A DNA stretch of 64,000 bases, taken from Octopus vulgaris (Eukaryota). The stretch spans positions 35,464,001 to 35,528,000 of the forward strand of contig OX597819.1 in assembly GCA_951406725.2 (NCBI GenBank), in the 5' to 3' direction. Made by a program: the position numbers and the translations under genes. Under the pieces are notes generated by a model, which saw only the letters and a list, made by a program, of their open reading frames with translations, made no database searches and was not told where the DNA came from. Shown piece by piece: positions 25,521-38,824 of this stretch (position 1 is the stretch's first letter; each line of letters starts with the position of its first letter).

Positions 25521-25749
25521 GAACTTACAAAGGCCATGAACCCAGTTCCTTCCTCCAGGCCAAGTCAGTATAAAAAAAAGCAAAAAACATAACAAAAAAC
25601 AAACCTACAATTTGGAATCTTCAGCACCTTATATCACATTACACTTTATTCCATTTAACTTTCCTGTGACAAAGCTCACCTCATGAAATAAAAAAATCTT
25701 ACAAAATTATAACAATAGATAATTTTTTGTTGCTCTTTTAAAAATCTAT

Positions 25750-26085
25750 TTTCAATACCTCAGGTGTTTTCTTAATTTTTGTTGTTTTTTTAAATCCCTT
25801 TCCAACAACTCAGGTGTTTTCTTAATATTTGTGCTTTTAATCCCTTTCCAACAACTCAGATGTTTTCTTATAGTTTCAGGTATTTTCAATAACTCAAGTA
25901 TTTTTCAATAAACTCAGTTGTCTTTTAATAAACTTAGGTGTCTTGTAATAGACTCAAGGCATCCTGTAGTAAATTCAGGGCATCCCGTAATAGACTCAAG
26001 GCATTCCATAATAGACTCAGGGTGTTCCATAATAGACTCAAGGTGTCTCATAATAAACTGAGGTATTTTCTAATAAATTCAATGG
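25750..26085. repeat. Degenerate ~21-bp minisatellite with a preceding ~56-bp duplication
   Basis: Units like ATAATAGACTCAAGGTGTCTC repeated about 10 times (25885-26085); ACTCAGGTGTTTTCTTA repeats at 25757-25870. Confidence 0.85.
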
Positions 26086-26561
26086 TGTGTCATGTCTTAG
26101 CTTATTACCTTCAATGGTTACTTACAACCTGAAGATGTTTCACATTGAGATAAGCTCATCTGTGTTCAGATAATTCAGATGAAAAAATATCTTGCAAGTT
26201 GTATGTAATATTGAGCTAAAACTATATGATATGTGTTTTTCACATTCTTTGTTCAATTTCCACCAATGTTGACTTTGCCTTTCACCCTTTCAGGATTGTT
26301 AAAATAAGTACTGGCATTGAGACACTTGATTAACCCCAACTCTAAAATTTGTGGCTGTATGCTTAAGTCAGAAATCTCATTGTTAGCAGTTTTGTTAGTT
26401 ATTGATTTTATTTTTCTTTACTAACTTCCTACTATTATCTGGAAACTTGAATAGAGTATGTTTTAGGCAGGGTCCACTGTCATAGTGAAGATTGTGTGGA
26501 AGCTGCAGTGGAGAGAGACATGCAGGCAAAGAGGAAGGTGGAAGAAAGTCAAAGGTTACAA

Positions 26562-26795
26562 AAGGCAGCGAGCTGGCAGAAACATTAGCACACCGGGCAA
26601 AATGCTTAGCGGTATTTCGTCTGCTGCTACGTTCTGAGTTCAAATTCCACCGAGGTCAACTTTGCCTTTCATCCTTTTGGAGTCGATAAATTAAGTACCA
26701 GTTACACACTGGGATCGATGTAATCGACTTAATTCCTTTGTCTGCCTTTGTTTGTCTCCTCTATGTTTAGGCCCTTGTGGGCAATAAAGAAATAG
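26562..26795 (+). mobile_element. Full-length SINE family B
   Basis: Perfect 18-bp TSD GAAAGTCAAAGGTTACAA (26544-26561, 26796-26813). Confidence 0.95.
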
Positions 26796-26990
26796 GAAAG
26801 TCAAAGGTTACAAGACAATAGCAAAGAGTCCAGTGAAGCAGAGGAGAGGGGGGGAAAAAGGAAGTAAAAGTACTGGCATTATCATGTGTTGTTCTGTTGC
26901 ATATATATCCTGACACAATGTTATGTGTTCCTATGTGGAATGCTTCGCCTCATTCTACTTGAGAATAAAGTAGAAAGTAAGTAAATCAGC

Positions 26991-27437
26991 AAGCACCCTT
27001 TGAACATTGGGCGATATGCTGTGCTTAAGAAGACCCGTGGAGCCAAGTGAAATCGTAGTCATGGCTGATGCCAGTGTTGTGTAACTGATGCCTGTGCCTA
27101 GGGCATGTAAAAAGCACCCTTCGAACTTTGGGTCTGATGGAGGCAGTGACAAGTGAATGAGACCTTTGACAATATACCGTGCTTGAGAAAACCTGTCAAG
27201 CCAAGTGAACCCATAGACATGGCTGATGTCAGTGTTTTGTAACTGGTATCCATGGCAGTGGCACATAAAAAGCACCCACTACATTCTTGGAGTGGTTGGC
27301 ATTAGGAAGGGCATCCAGCTGTAGAAACCATACCAAATCATATTGGGACCTAGTTGCAGCTCCCCAGCTTACCAATTTTCAGTCAAACTGTCCAACCCAT
27401 GCCAGCATGGAAAACAGACGTTAAATGATAATGATGA
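26991..27437 (+). mobile_element. Family C element, longer 5' version
   Basis: Internal duplication (TGTGCTTAAGAAGACC...GCCAAGTGAA) and the shared 3' end GGAGTGGTTGGCATTAGGAAGGGCATCCAGC...TTAAATGATAATGATGA. Confidence 0.8.
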
Positions 27438-27517
27438 GATAATGAGACTGAGAGAAATATTTGTTTTATTTGTCTGCAAATAAAAGACTTTTGAAGAAGC
27501 TGGATAACTGATATATA

Positions 27518-27733
27518 TACTCTTTACTCTCTTTTTACTCTTTTACTCGTTTCAGTCATTTGGCTACGGCCATGCTGGAGCACCGCCTTTAATCGAGCAA
27601 CTCAACCCCGGGACTTATTCTTTGTAAGCCCAGTACTTATTCTATCGGTCTCTTTTGCCGAACCACTAAGTGACGGGGACATAAACACACCAGCATCGGT
27701 TCTCAAGCGATGTTGGATGGGACAGACACACAA

Positions 27734-27790
<57 letters not shown>

Positions 27791-27946
27791 AACATATATG
27801 ACAGGCTTCTTTCAGTTTCCGTCTACCAAATCCACTCACAAGGCTTTGGTCGGCCCGAGGCTATAGTAGAAGACACTTGCCCAAGGTGCCATGCAGTGGG
27901 ACTGAACCCGGAACCATGTGGTTGGTAAACAAGCTACTTACCACAC
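27518..27946 (-). mobile_element. SINE family A
   Basis: High similarity to 20199-20604; internal (CA)n. Confidence 0.92.
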
Positions 27947-28974
27947 TATTATTCCAGAAAACAAACAAAAAATGAAACAAAATCTAATTTCTTGCAACAA
28001 ATTTAAAAGAGGAAACTAATAAGCTCAGTTATGTTCATCATTTTTACCATCTGGCTAATTTTATTTTAGACAATCTATATATCAAAAAAATTAGTTATGT
28101 TGTATAAAAAGAAAAAGAAGGAATGAATAGTGATTATTTAACTTCTTTTCATAAAGGCCTGCCTGTATACATAGTCAGTCTTACCCTCTTCTAATATCTT
28201 TTTCTCTTGCGATTCTTTTTTGTTGTTCTCTTCCTTCTAATCCATCATGTACTCTTTACTGTTTGTTGATGAAATTCATTCTTTAGCTATGCTTGTTAAT
28301 ATTTGCGCATGTCTCCCTGGCTTCGAGAGAAAAAAAAAATCAGTTAATTTTTAATACTGAATATTTATAATTTTTTAAAACAACTATTTAAAAATCTTGT
28401 GTCTGGGGAGAGTCAGAGAGATCGCTTCTTTGAAGAGCAAATTATATGACCTGCATTTCGTCCGGCGTGCTAACGATTCTGCCAGCTTGCCGCCTTTTTA
28501 TCCATTGTCATTCAAATATCCTTAAGAAAAAAGTTTGGTTGACTCAAGAGATTTAGGAAATTATATGCATTACTAATACCAATAATCCCAGTTCAAATCT
28601 TATTGGGTTCATCTTTGTTTCACATCCTTTTAATTAATATTGATTAAATATTATCCATAATATATTGTTGATTCACTGACAGTATATATCTAATCTAATA
28701 AAAATTGATCTTGTAGTATATAACTAATGAATTAAAATTACAATTAAAATTAATTGAATAACCCCCCTCCCTTTTTTTAAAAATTAATAAAGAGTAAATC
28801 AATATTTGATAAAAGAGTGTAAGTTCTATTAGATCACATAAAATTCCTGCTTCATTTCCTGTTTTCACTTCTCTTTCTGTACGTTTTATTCATTCCATCT
28901 CTTTCGTACACATACACACACACACACACACACATGCGCACATGTGCACATACATGCACACACACGTACGCACG

Positions 28975-29013
<39 letters not shown>

Positions 29014-29529
29014 TTTCATTGTATGTTCTTTTTTTAATTTTCATCTATCTTCCTTTGAAATCTTTGTTTCTGTTCATGTCACTCAAGTTAGCACAATTAG
29101 AGATGGCACTTGTGTGTGTGTGTGTGTGTGTGTGTGTTTGTGTCATTCCAAGCAACAAAGGAGGCACAAAGGTTCTGACAGTATGTGTATGTATTGTTTG
29201 TGTGTGTGTTCCTTGTTGAACAGCAGTTAGAGGAGGGCACTACATAGTGTCACATTAAACAACAAATCAACACAATCATAACATTCTCAGTTATATACTC
29301 TCAGTTGTTTATTTTCTTTTATTACATTTGGAATACATTTTAAACAAGAAAGCACTGCTGCTACTACTACTCCAACAACAACAATAACAAAAAGATAATG
29401 CCTTGTACTTCATGTCAATGCTGTTTGTCCACCCATGAATATAATTGTATATTAATACTCTGAATTTCCTTTCATTGAAACCTGTACATTGACACAAACA
29501 CACACACACATTTACAAATGAGTGCATAC

Positions 29530-30008
29530 ATCATCATCATCATCATCGTTTAACGTCCGTTTTCCATGCTAGCATGGGTTGGACGATTTTGACTGAGGGC
29601 TGGCAACCAGATGGCTGCACCAGGCTCCAGTCTTGATCTGGCAGAGTTTCTACAGCTGGATGCCCTTCCTAACGCCAACCACTCCGAGAGTGTAGTGGGT
29701 GCTTTTTACGTGCCACCGACACGGGGGCCAGTCAGGTGGTACTGGCAATGATCTCGCTCGAATCTTTTTACGCATGCCACCGGCACAGGTACCAGTGAAG
29801 CGACATTGGTAACGATCACGCTCGAATGCTGCCCTTTCACGTGCCATGGGTGTGGAAGCCAGTTGGCGTTCTGGCAACGTTCATGCTTGGATGGTGTTCT
29901 TGGCGCCCTACTAGCACAGGCATAAGTACCAGTAAGGCGACGCTGGTAACGATCATACTCGAATAGCCGCTCTGTCAACGATCACACTCATATGGTGCTC
30001 TTTGCACC
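29530..30008 (-). mobile_element. Family C element with internal tandem subrepeats
   Basis: (ATC)n tail at 29530; repeated GGTAACGATCACGCTCGAAT / GGCAATGATCTCGCTCGAAT units. Confidence 0.85.
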
Positions 30009-30058
30009 ATATATGCTTATATATTTTGATATTGATTTTTATTTATGCTTATATATAT

Positions 30059-30290
30059 ATTTCTTTATTACCCACAAGGGGCTAAATATAGAGGGGACAA
30101 ACAAGGACAGACAAATGGATTAAGTCGTTTACATCGACCCCAGTGTGAAACTGGTACTTTATTTATCGACCCCGAAAGGATGAAAGTCAAAGTTGACCTC
30201 GGCAGAATTTGAACTCAGAACGTAACGACAGACGAAATACCGCTAAGCATTTCGCCTGGCGCGTTAACGTTTCTGCCAGCTCGCCGCCTT
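30059..30290 (-). mobile_element. Full-length SINE family B
   Basis: Reverse complement of family B; TATGCTTATATATA flanks both sides. Confidence 0.92.
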
Positions 30291-31947
30291 TATATGCTTA
30301 TATATACCTGCATATATACAGCGCGCATGCGCACACACACACACACACACACTGTATTTCTTAACTCCTAGACCCCGGCCCCTATAAGTCCTGGTCATCT
30401 CTCAGTTGATTTTCGTTTACTTCTCTAATTCCCTGCATCTGTTTTTTTTTTTGTCCACACACACACACACACTCTCTCTCTCTCTCTTCTCTTTCAATCT
30501 CCATTTTGCTTGCTTACTATCTCTCTTTTGTTCCTCTCACTCTCACTTGACATTTGGCCTGTCTGTCTCTCCTTGATCAATCTTTCTTTCCTATTCTACT
30601 CCTTCGTATATTTTCTCTGTTTTTCATTATTCTACCCTTCTCTCAATTCTTCTTCTATACTTCTATTTCTTTTTCATGCTCTCCCATTCCTTCCTTTATC
30701 TTATCCTGCTTTCTTACTCTTCTTTCTTAAGAAATAGACAGAAATATGTAGTTATGAATTAAATCAAATTAATTTATTATTTATCAATTTTCATATGGGA
30801 TCTGATTAATCCTTTTACTTTGGCTAATATATATTTCAAGGGCATCTTTACATGGTCCTCGGTGTCTTCATATTTTAGCAAGAAGAAATAGAAAAATCAC
30901 TTTTCACCTTACGAGGTCTAACTTTGGTTAAAGGAATGCCTGGAAGCCATTAACATCCATTAATGCAAGGAATATGGTGAAAACAAATCCAAAGATCTGG
31001 TTTTGGTGATGCAGCGTTACTTGTTAAATAAATAATAGCTGATCCAGAAAGGATGAAATGGTTTGTTTCCTAAAAGCACTTGGTATCGGATTCCAGTCAC
31101 ACATTGATTGGTCCAGATTAGAGACAAAGAATTTGGTTTGGATAAATAAAAGAAAAAATCCTCACGAAGAAAATAAACAAAACAAAACAAAACAAAGCAA
31201 TGTTTTAAAAGTAGAATCAAATTAGAATGAAACTTATTTCAGCTGTTAGTAACAGGAATTTTCATGTGTGTATGTGTGTGTGTCTGTGTGCACGCGCGTG
31301 CGGCACACGCGTGCATGTGCGTATATTTATATACATATATATAATAGTTTAAGCTCAAATGTCAAGAGATGAGAAAAGTTTCGGAAGCTTGATACTGGAT
31401 CATTGATTACAAATATGTGTGTAAGGTCTACCAGTAGACACCAATAGTGAAGTGGTGTGGGGGTTTTTAAAACTATTCACCTCTCCCTTCCTGTTTCCTA
31501 GAGTTTACCTGACACCTCACTCTCAGTTTTAGGAAAGTGACTGTATTTTAATAAGTAGGCCAATGGAACTAGTTTGGTGGAAATCCCTCCCCAGAGGGCT
31601 TCCTAGCACTTTATCAATAAATTTTATTAGTTTTAACTCAATTTGCTACTTTCTATTTTTTTTCATCATCTCACATTTTTAAAAATTTGGTTTTTAGTGT
31701 GTTGTTTTATATTTTGGTCATTTTATATATTTTTTCTGATCTTTCTGATTTATTTTTTCTGTCCCCATTTTCTTTCTCTTTTCCTGCCCCCCCCCACTCC
31801 TCCTACAAAGAATAGATGTAAAACTAAACTCTCTGCTTTCCATTTCACACTTATTTCAAATTTAGCAAATAAATATTTTACACTGCTCTCCTCTCCCTTA
31901 ATCTTTGAGTTCTTCTCATTTTCTCAATATCTTTAGAAGCATTTATT

Positions 31948-31985
<38 letters not shown>

Positions 31986-32049
31986 ATGTATGTATATATA
32001 TATATACTTGGAAATGGATGCATGGCATTCAGTTAAAGAATAATAATAA

Positions 32050-32092
<43 letters not shown>

Positions 32093-32934
32093 CTATTTGA
32101 ACCAGTATTCACAATTTAACAAGTGACAGAAGAGAGCTTTTGTTTAAAATATCATCTGCCGATTCTATTGTTATTTAGTTTCACTTTTAAAAATGTTCAA
32201 TTTACTTATATGCAAAAAGAAACAAAGGTAACAATATTAAAAGGTTGTTTTTAGTGATCATGCTATTAAAAGAATAGTTTCTCTAATTAAACCATGCCTA
32301 AGCAGATCTTAGAACCATCCAACCCATGCCATCATGGAAAGTGGATGTTAAATGATGACGTTGATGGTTTACATTATATTTAGACAATTTTCTTTTAACT
32401 GATATTATAAATTAAAAATCAGTTGTGTTTTGAAGAAATTCCTTGTTTTAAAAATTTCCATATGCTACAAAGGTATTTCAGATAGTGTGCATGTGTGTGT
32501 GTGAAAACAGGTGTGGCTGTGTGGTTAAGAAGTTTGCTCTGCAACTACATGGTGGTTTTAGGTTCAGCCCCACTCTGCAGCAAATATCTTTCATTTAGCT
32601 GAATTTGAAAATAATCAAGAATTTACTGAGATTTAGTAAAATAATTTTGCCTCTTTGAATTTGATGTTTTTGAACATAATTAAAAAAAAAAAGAAAATAT
32701 TTCTTGCATAAACTTACGATGAAATGTTTTACTTTAAATATGAACATTTTAAAATAAGAGGGTTTCTTTCATAGAAATGGGGTCAGTTTCAGATAGGATA
32801 GCATAGGATCGGAAGGGTACAACAGAAATCTCAGGTGTAATGACATTTACTTGTTGGAACATTGCCCTTTTTTTAGGATAGATTACTGCCTGTTTTCATC
32901 CAGCTGGTTATACTACCACAGTATAGTATGTACA

Positions 32935-33062
32935 TGTGTATAGGTGTGTTCATAAATGTATGCATATGTCTGCGTTTATGTGTGTTTGCATATATATATA
33001 TGTGTGTGTGTGTGTGTGTCTGCATATATATGATTATGTGTGTGTCTGCATATGTATAATTA

Positions 33063-33102
<40 letters not shown>

Positions 33103-33300
33103 TATATGTGTGTGTCTGTATGTATGCATATGCATCTGTGTATACATTTGTGTGTGTGTATGTATATATGTGTATATGTATGCATATGTGTTTGTGTATG
33201 TCTATGCTCATGTGTGCATATGTCTGTATATTTGTGTGTGTGTGTATGTGCCTGTATGTATACATGTTTATATGTCTGTGTGTGTATGCATATGTGTTTT
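32935..33300. repeat. Degenerate (TG/TA)n low-complexity tract
   Basis: Alternating purine-pyrimidine sequence; source of several spurious ORFs. Confidence 0.9.
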
Positions 33301-33917
33301 ATGAGTTCCATTTGTGAGAGATACATCCCTTCTCCCACAAGAACAATTTGGAGTGACTAGCAGGAATTGGGTAAGGAAACCTATTTATAAACACATAATA
33401 GATAGAACTTATATAAAGACTGACTGCCTTGTATATTATCTTGTCTTATCATAATATCCCATGCTTTGTTTCATTTACAATTTTTCCTTAAGACTTAATG
33501 TGTATGCATCCTAGTCTTAGAATAGGGTATATACTGTATCCCTGTTTATTATAAGAGATGACGGTGACAGGAAGGGTATTTGGCTTGGAAAATCTGTCCA
33601 ACCCATGCCAGTAGAGAAAAAGTGAATGTAAAACTCTTCTTCCTCGTCATCTTCCCAATTCCTCCTCCTCCCCACCTTCCTCCCTTCTGCTCCACTTCTC
33701 CATCCCTCCTCTCCTCTTCCTCCTTCTGACAGGACAGTGGGAGGCTCTGGCTGGTTTAAAGAGTGTGATGACATAAATTAAATAGAATGGTTTCCACCAG
33801 AAATTGAAGAACTGAGTCAAATGATTGGATCACCAAAAACTTGGTTTTCATCTACAGTTCTTGGTTTTTCTGAAAATTTGGAATGTGTAACATTTTCTCT
33901 TATTTGATATCAAGTCA

Positions 33918-34310
33918 TAGGCACAGATGTGGCTGTGTGGTTAAGAAGCTTATTTCCCAGCTACATAGTTGCGGGTTCAGTCCCACTGTATGGCACCTTC
34001 AGCAAATGTCTTCATTTTCTACTATAACTCTGGGTCAACCAAATCCTTGTGAGTGGATTTGGTAGATGGAAACTGAAAGAAGCTTGTTGTATGTGTGTGT
34101 GTCTCCTTGTCTCGATTGTTGTACATGAATGTCATTCATTTCCAATATTTTGCAAAATCCTGTCTGGCCATGAGGTTAATATTACCTTGCTTGGAAATAG
34201 GTAAGAGTTGGCAGCAGGAAAGGTATCCAGCCATAGAAAAATCTGCCTCAGTAACCTCTATCTAATCAATGCAATCTTGGAAAAGTTGACACTAAAATGA
34301 TGATGAGGAT
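33918..34310 (+). mobile_element. Family A-related SINE with family C-like tail
   Basis: GGCACAGATGTGGCTGTGTGGTTAAGAAG head; 3' end GTTGGCAGCAGGAAAGGTATCCAGCC...AAATGATGATGA. Similar copies at 43630-44060 (-) and 62248-62660 (+). Confidence 0.75.
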
Positions 34311-34431
34311 AATGATAATTTTGAGTTTTTCCTATTGTGTTGTTATGTTTTTGAATAATAGGAAATGCACAGAAAGGTTATGCAATAGAATATATTTTTT
34401 GTTTCTGATTTGTGTTTCAAACTATTTGTTG

Positions 34432-34464
<33 letters not shown>

Positions 34465-34834
34465 CTCTGTCCCTCACTCCTCTCTCCTCCCCAATGAAGC
34501 TCAACATTTATTAATTTTTGAACTTTTGAAGTGAAGTTGAAGCTAAACAACAACTAGAGAATAAAAGAGAATGAGAAGCAAACTTGACCATACTGCCATG
34601 CCTATATCTGTGTGTGCATGTATATATATATGTGTGTGTGTGTTAGTTATTTTTAATACTTTTCTCACTGTGTTGCATGTTCATTTCTTTTTTGCATCTG
34701 TGATTTTATTTTATTTATATTTTTGATCTTCTATATATATGAAGACACATAATTTGTTTTGCTGTTTTACTTTCTACGAAATGAGAAGATACATTGCGGA
34801 ACTGTTATTTTAATGAGTTGTATTTATTTATTTC

Positions 34835-34934
34835 CTGATGAGGCACATCTGCACTGCCAGATGCTCCTAAACCCAGTTGTTAAGTGTCCCACATGTGAGG
34901 GATCGATGCTATTTGTATCGAAACAATTGTTGTG
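34835..34934 (+). ncRNA. Two decayed hammerhead-like motifs in tandem (probable Penelope-like terminus)
   Basis: CTGATGA (34835) + stem GG..CATCTG/CAGATG..CC + TAAAC (GAAA mutated); then stem GATGC/GTATC + GAAA C-AATT-G TT with a damaged CUGANGA. Confidence 0.4.
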
Positions 34935-34974
34935 ATTAATAGAAATTCTCGTATATTCCATCTTCCGTCTTTCA

Positions 34975-35268
34975 CCACCATTCGAGCGAGATCATTACCA
35001 GCATCGCCTTACTGGCACTTGTGCTGTTGGCATATGTAAAGATTCAAGCGAGGTCATTGCCAGTACCGCCTGACTGGCCCCTGTGCCGGTGGCACATAAA
35101 AGCACCCACTACACTCTCGGAGTGGTTGGCGTTAGGTAGGGCATCCAGCCGTAGAAACTCTGCCAGATCAAGACTGGAGCCTGGTGCAGCCATCTGGTTC
35201 GCCAGCCCACAGTCAAACTGTCCAACCCATGCTAGCATGGAAAGCGGACGTTAAATGACGATGATGAT
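34975..35268 (+). mobile_element. Family C element
   Basis: Nearly the reverse complement of 29530-29820; GATGATGAT tail. Confidence 0.88.
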
Positions 35269-35274
35269 ATATAT

Positions 35275-35700
35275 ATAATAAAAAATGGGACAAGAACGCA
35301 AAACATCCAGACAGGGTGATACAAAAAAGGCACAGCAAAACATCCAGATACACAATACTAAGAAAACAAGGACAGGTCATTCTGTGTTTTCTTTCCTCAG
35401 TTGAGTTCCGGATTATCTTTGCAATTTCAGCTTGTTATACTTGAGATTGCTCCAATCTGGCCAGCCCCAAGGAAAAACTAACTTTTAGATTCCTTGGACG
35501 AAAGTGATTATATATGAAAACAAGGACGGAAAAAAACAGAGAAAGTTACACAAATACAAATAACAGGACATAACAACAGGTGTCTTTCAACTAAGGATGA
35601 ATTAAATTAAGTTGGCATGTGTGAAAGTAAAGCCTTATGGCAGGGATACAAGATTTCACAGGTATAGGGAAGAATATAGATGTTGCACGGACAACGGCTA
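35275..35700. mobile_element. Unclassified interspersed-repeat-like block next to (TA)n
   Basis: Internal duplication GCAAAACATCCAGA.A; A-rich + strand unlike its flanks; possibly a Penelope-type terminus on the minus strand. Confidence 0.3.
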
Positions 35701-36012
35701 CACACACAGTAGATTAAATCAATTGATAAGTTTCTGATTCTAAAGTTTACTTTTTGTGACAGCAGCACATGTATGATTTATATTATTGCAAAAATTTTAA
35801 AGAACATAAAAAAAAAGATAATTATATTGATACAAACTTTATTGTTAATTTAAGTTTCAGGTTTATTTTGTTAATATTATAGTAATGATCCTATTTCCTT
35901 TCTCTTTCTAGGAATATTTATTTCTTGTCTTGTATTTGCTTATAATTTATCATTGTTTATTTAGTAATGTTTATTACATTTTTTATCTTCTTTTTTTCTT
36001 TCTCTTCTTCAG

Positions 36013-36054
36013 AAAATGCTGGAAAATCCCAAGCAACCTCCCGCTGTTGTGGAG
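36013..36054 (+). CDS. Candidate 42-nt exon of the host gene (KMLENPKQPPAVVE in phase 0)
   Basis: Long polypyrimidine tract ending TTCTTCAG, consensus GAG|GTGAGT donor, length divisible by 3, all frames open; AAAATG could be a start codon. Confidence 0.7.
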
Positions 36055-38824
36055 GTGAGTTATATACACTTGTCTGCTTTTTTTGTTTATTTTTGTCTGC
36101 CTGTCTCCAAATATCTTTGAAGCAACATTGTGTTATGATTGTGTTATGATGTTCAACTACAAGAGCCTGAATGCCTGGTCATGTACTTTATATCATATTA
36201 CTACAGTTACTGTATCTTAATCAAAAAGGGAAGTTGGTTCATACACAGCGTAAAGCTTATTTGTTCAGGGGGATACTTTCCTGCCATTTTCATAAAAGAA
36301 AACACCATAAAAGCTTTAACTGAAAGAACTCTTAGGTCCAGAACAACATAAGGTTACAGCTACTGGAATCTATACAGATAAACCTTAAAGCATATTTAAA
36401 GTCTTTTTAGTTTAGTTTCTCATTTTCTTTTTTTAGCTATATTAATTAAATAGAATATATTCATCTTAATCTCATTTGAACTGTTTTATGTAAAAAAAAA
36501 AAAAAAATTCTGACATGCTGGATTCATTCCAGCAGAAAATAACAGTGTCTACACATTCATGTATATACATTATTTTTATAGGACTACATTTAATGATATG
36601 ACTCCACGCTATTGTTGATTGATAATGGTCCAACAGCATTTTCATTTATTTTCGAAGATATATATATTAATTTTTGATTGTAGGAACAACATCAATATAA
36701 AATTACAACAATGAAATAACATTAACAAGATAAATACATGATGAATGTCATCAAAGGGCAAAGAAGTAAACAATGTATTTAAAAGAATACATGCAGAAAG
36801 CATTTAAAAAAAAAAACTGAAGTTGGATGAATATTGGTTTGATCATATGTTTTTACTAAACAATTGTAATCAGACTAGAACAATGGATATGGTCATGGAC
36901 TCTCATTCATATTTTCTTCTTTTCTGAATGTTTCACTCCAATCCTTCTTTTGTGAGTTGTTTTAGTTTCGTGTCTAGTAGGCAACCAGCCACATTTGAAA
37001 TAACACATGATCGAAGGAGGTGTATTAAATTGCCTTACACATTTTTTTTTTTGTTCTGTATCTTTCACTCTAACTATTTCATTTTATGCTGGAGTTTTTT
37101 TTTTTAACTTCCATCCACTCAAACTGACAACACTTCATCAATTTTTCATCATTCAGCCTCATTGCATATTCATGCTCTCACAATTTGTAACTGATGCCAT
37201 CTTAGCTGACTTAAGCTAAGTTGATCCCTGAGATCAGTAATGTATGTAATAAATTTTCTACATCATTACCAAGCATTTTCAAGATGTCATAGCATTTCTG
37301 TTACACATACCATGCAGCTGCAACAGGGACATATATGTAAATGTCCTTGTTGCAAACAAGGGTAGATGTCCTCTAAGCACTTTTAGTGATCTGTGCTGCC
37401 AATGCTATCACCAATGACAGTATAACCTTTGTTAGCATAAAGTCATGTTTAGTGCGCATGTGAATGCAATGGTAGTTTTTGCTATCTACTAAAGTCTATT
37501 GATAAACAAGCACACATAACCAAGGTGGCCAGGTAAATGTCTTTACTTTTTACCAATACATTGCCAGACGAAGATACAATTAGAAATATATCTAGACAGT
37601 TCTGTACCAAAAAAATCTTGTTTTTCTTTTTCTTTACTGTGCATGATGTATATGTGTGACACTTTGGCTTTCCATTGTCAAAATCTCACACTGTATTTAA
37701 GACTATTGACCCATCACGACAAGTCCTATACTTACAATATGTTAATATCACCTGCATTTCACTGTGGCTAATGTATTTTTCATTATAATCAATTTTCACT
37801 TTACTTCTTTGAACTAGTTTCCTTGGTGACCAACAGTGGTTATCGATTTTTAGATATTTCTGCTTGATGATTGCCTCAACAGTAGCAATATTAATAACAT
37901 CCTTTGAATCTTTACCAAGTTAGGTCAAACATTGTTATTACATTGATTGATATTAACATAATCAATCCAAGAGACTGAACTTAACAATTTGGTCTCAATG
38001 GATTGATTGTTTTGTTATTTATCTTGATATTTTATTGATCATTAAGCTAGCAAGCTGGCTAAATTGTTAGCATGCCGGGCAAAGTGTCTTGTGGCATTTT
38101 GTCCATCTTTATATTCTGAGTTCAAATTCTGCTGAGGTCAACTTTGCCTTTCATCCTTTTGGGGGCAATATAATACCAATTGAGTATCGGGGTCAATGCA
38201 ATCGACTTGCCACCCACCCACCCCCGAAATTACTGGCCTTGTGCTAAAAATTTTAAATCAATATTTTATTGATCATTCTAATTTTCAATAGAACTACACT
38301 ATCCTCATAACTCCTAACTTTTTTTTTGTAAAGGAATATTTTGACAAATTAAGGAATATTTTGTCAAATTTATAAAAACTGTAACAGAAGTCAAAAGTTG
38401 ATCCTATTTATTCTATTGTTAATAATTTTTTTATGTCTACTAAATCTTATGACTTTGGAAGTCTTGGCTTATTGTGTAAACTATGTTGGCAACAAAGAGT
38501 AAAAGATAAAATGATGATATGATGTCTATTTTTTCAACAAAGTACCATAATAAACCTGTAAATGTTAAGAGAAGAATTTACCATTAATTCAAAGTATTTG
38601 CCAGACAACAATGAATTGTTTCATAGAGCATACACACATGTAAAAAAAAAAATGTCAGTATTTTATTTTTCCACTCCCACTACCATTTCCCAAAATCTGT
38701 GAGTTAATTACTTGATAGTGTAATCTAGCAGTTATTTAGTGTTAATATCATTTAAAAAAAAATTAAATATTTTCATGTCATATAACATCTCTGCTTGGTT
38801 CGTTTTGAAATCATTTTCTAATAA

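Noticed and set aside
37319-37354. 14-bp hairpin TGCAACAGGGACAT/ATGTCCTTGTTGCA as a pre-miRNA
   Set aside because: The stem is too short, does not extend, and matches no miRNA I recognise.
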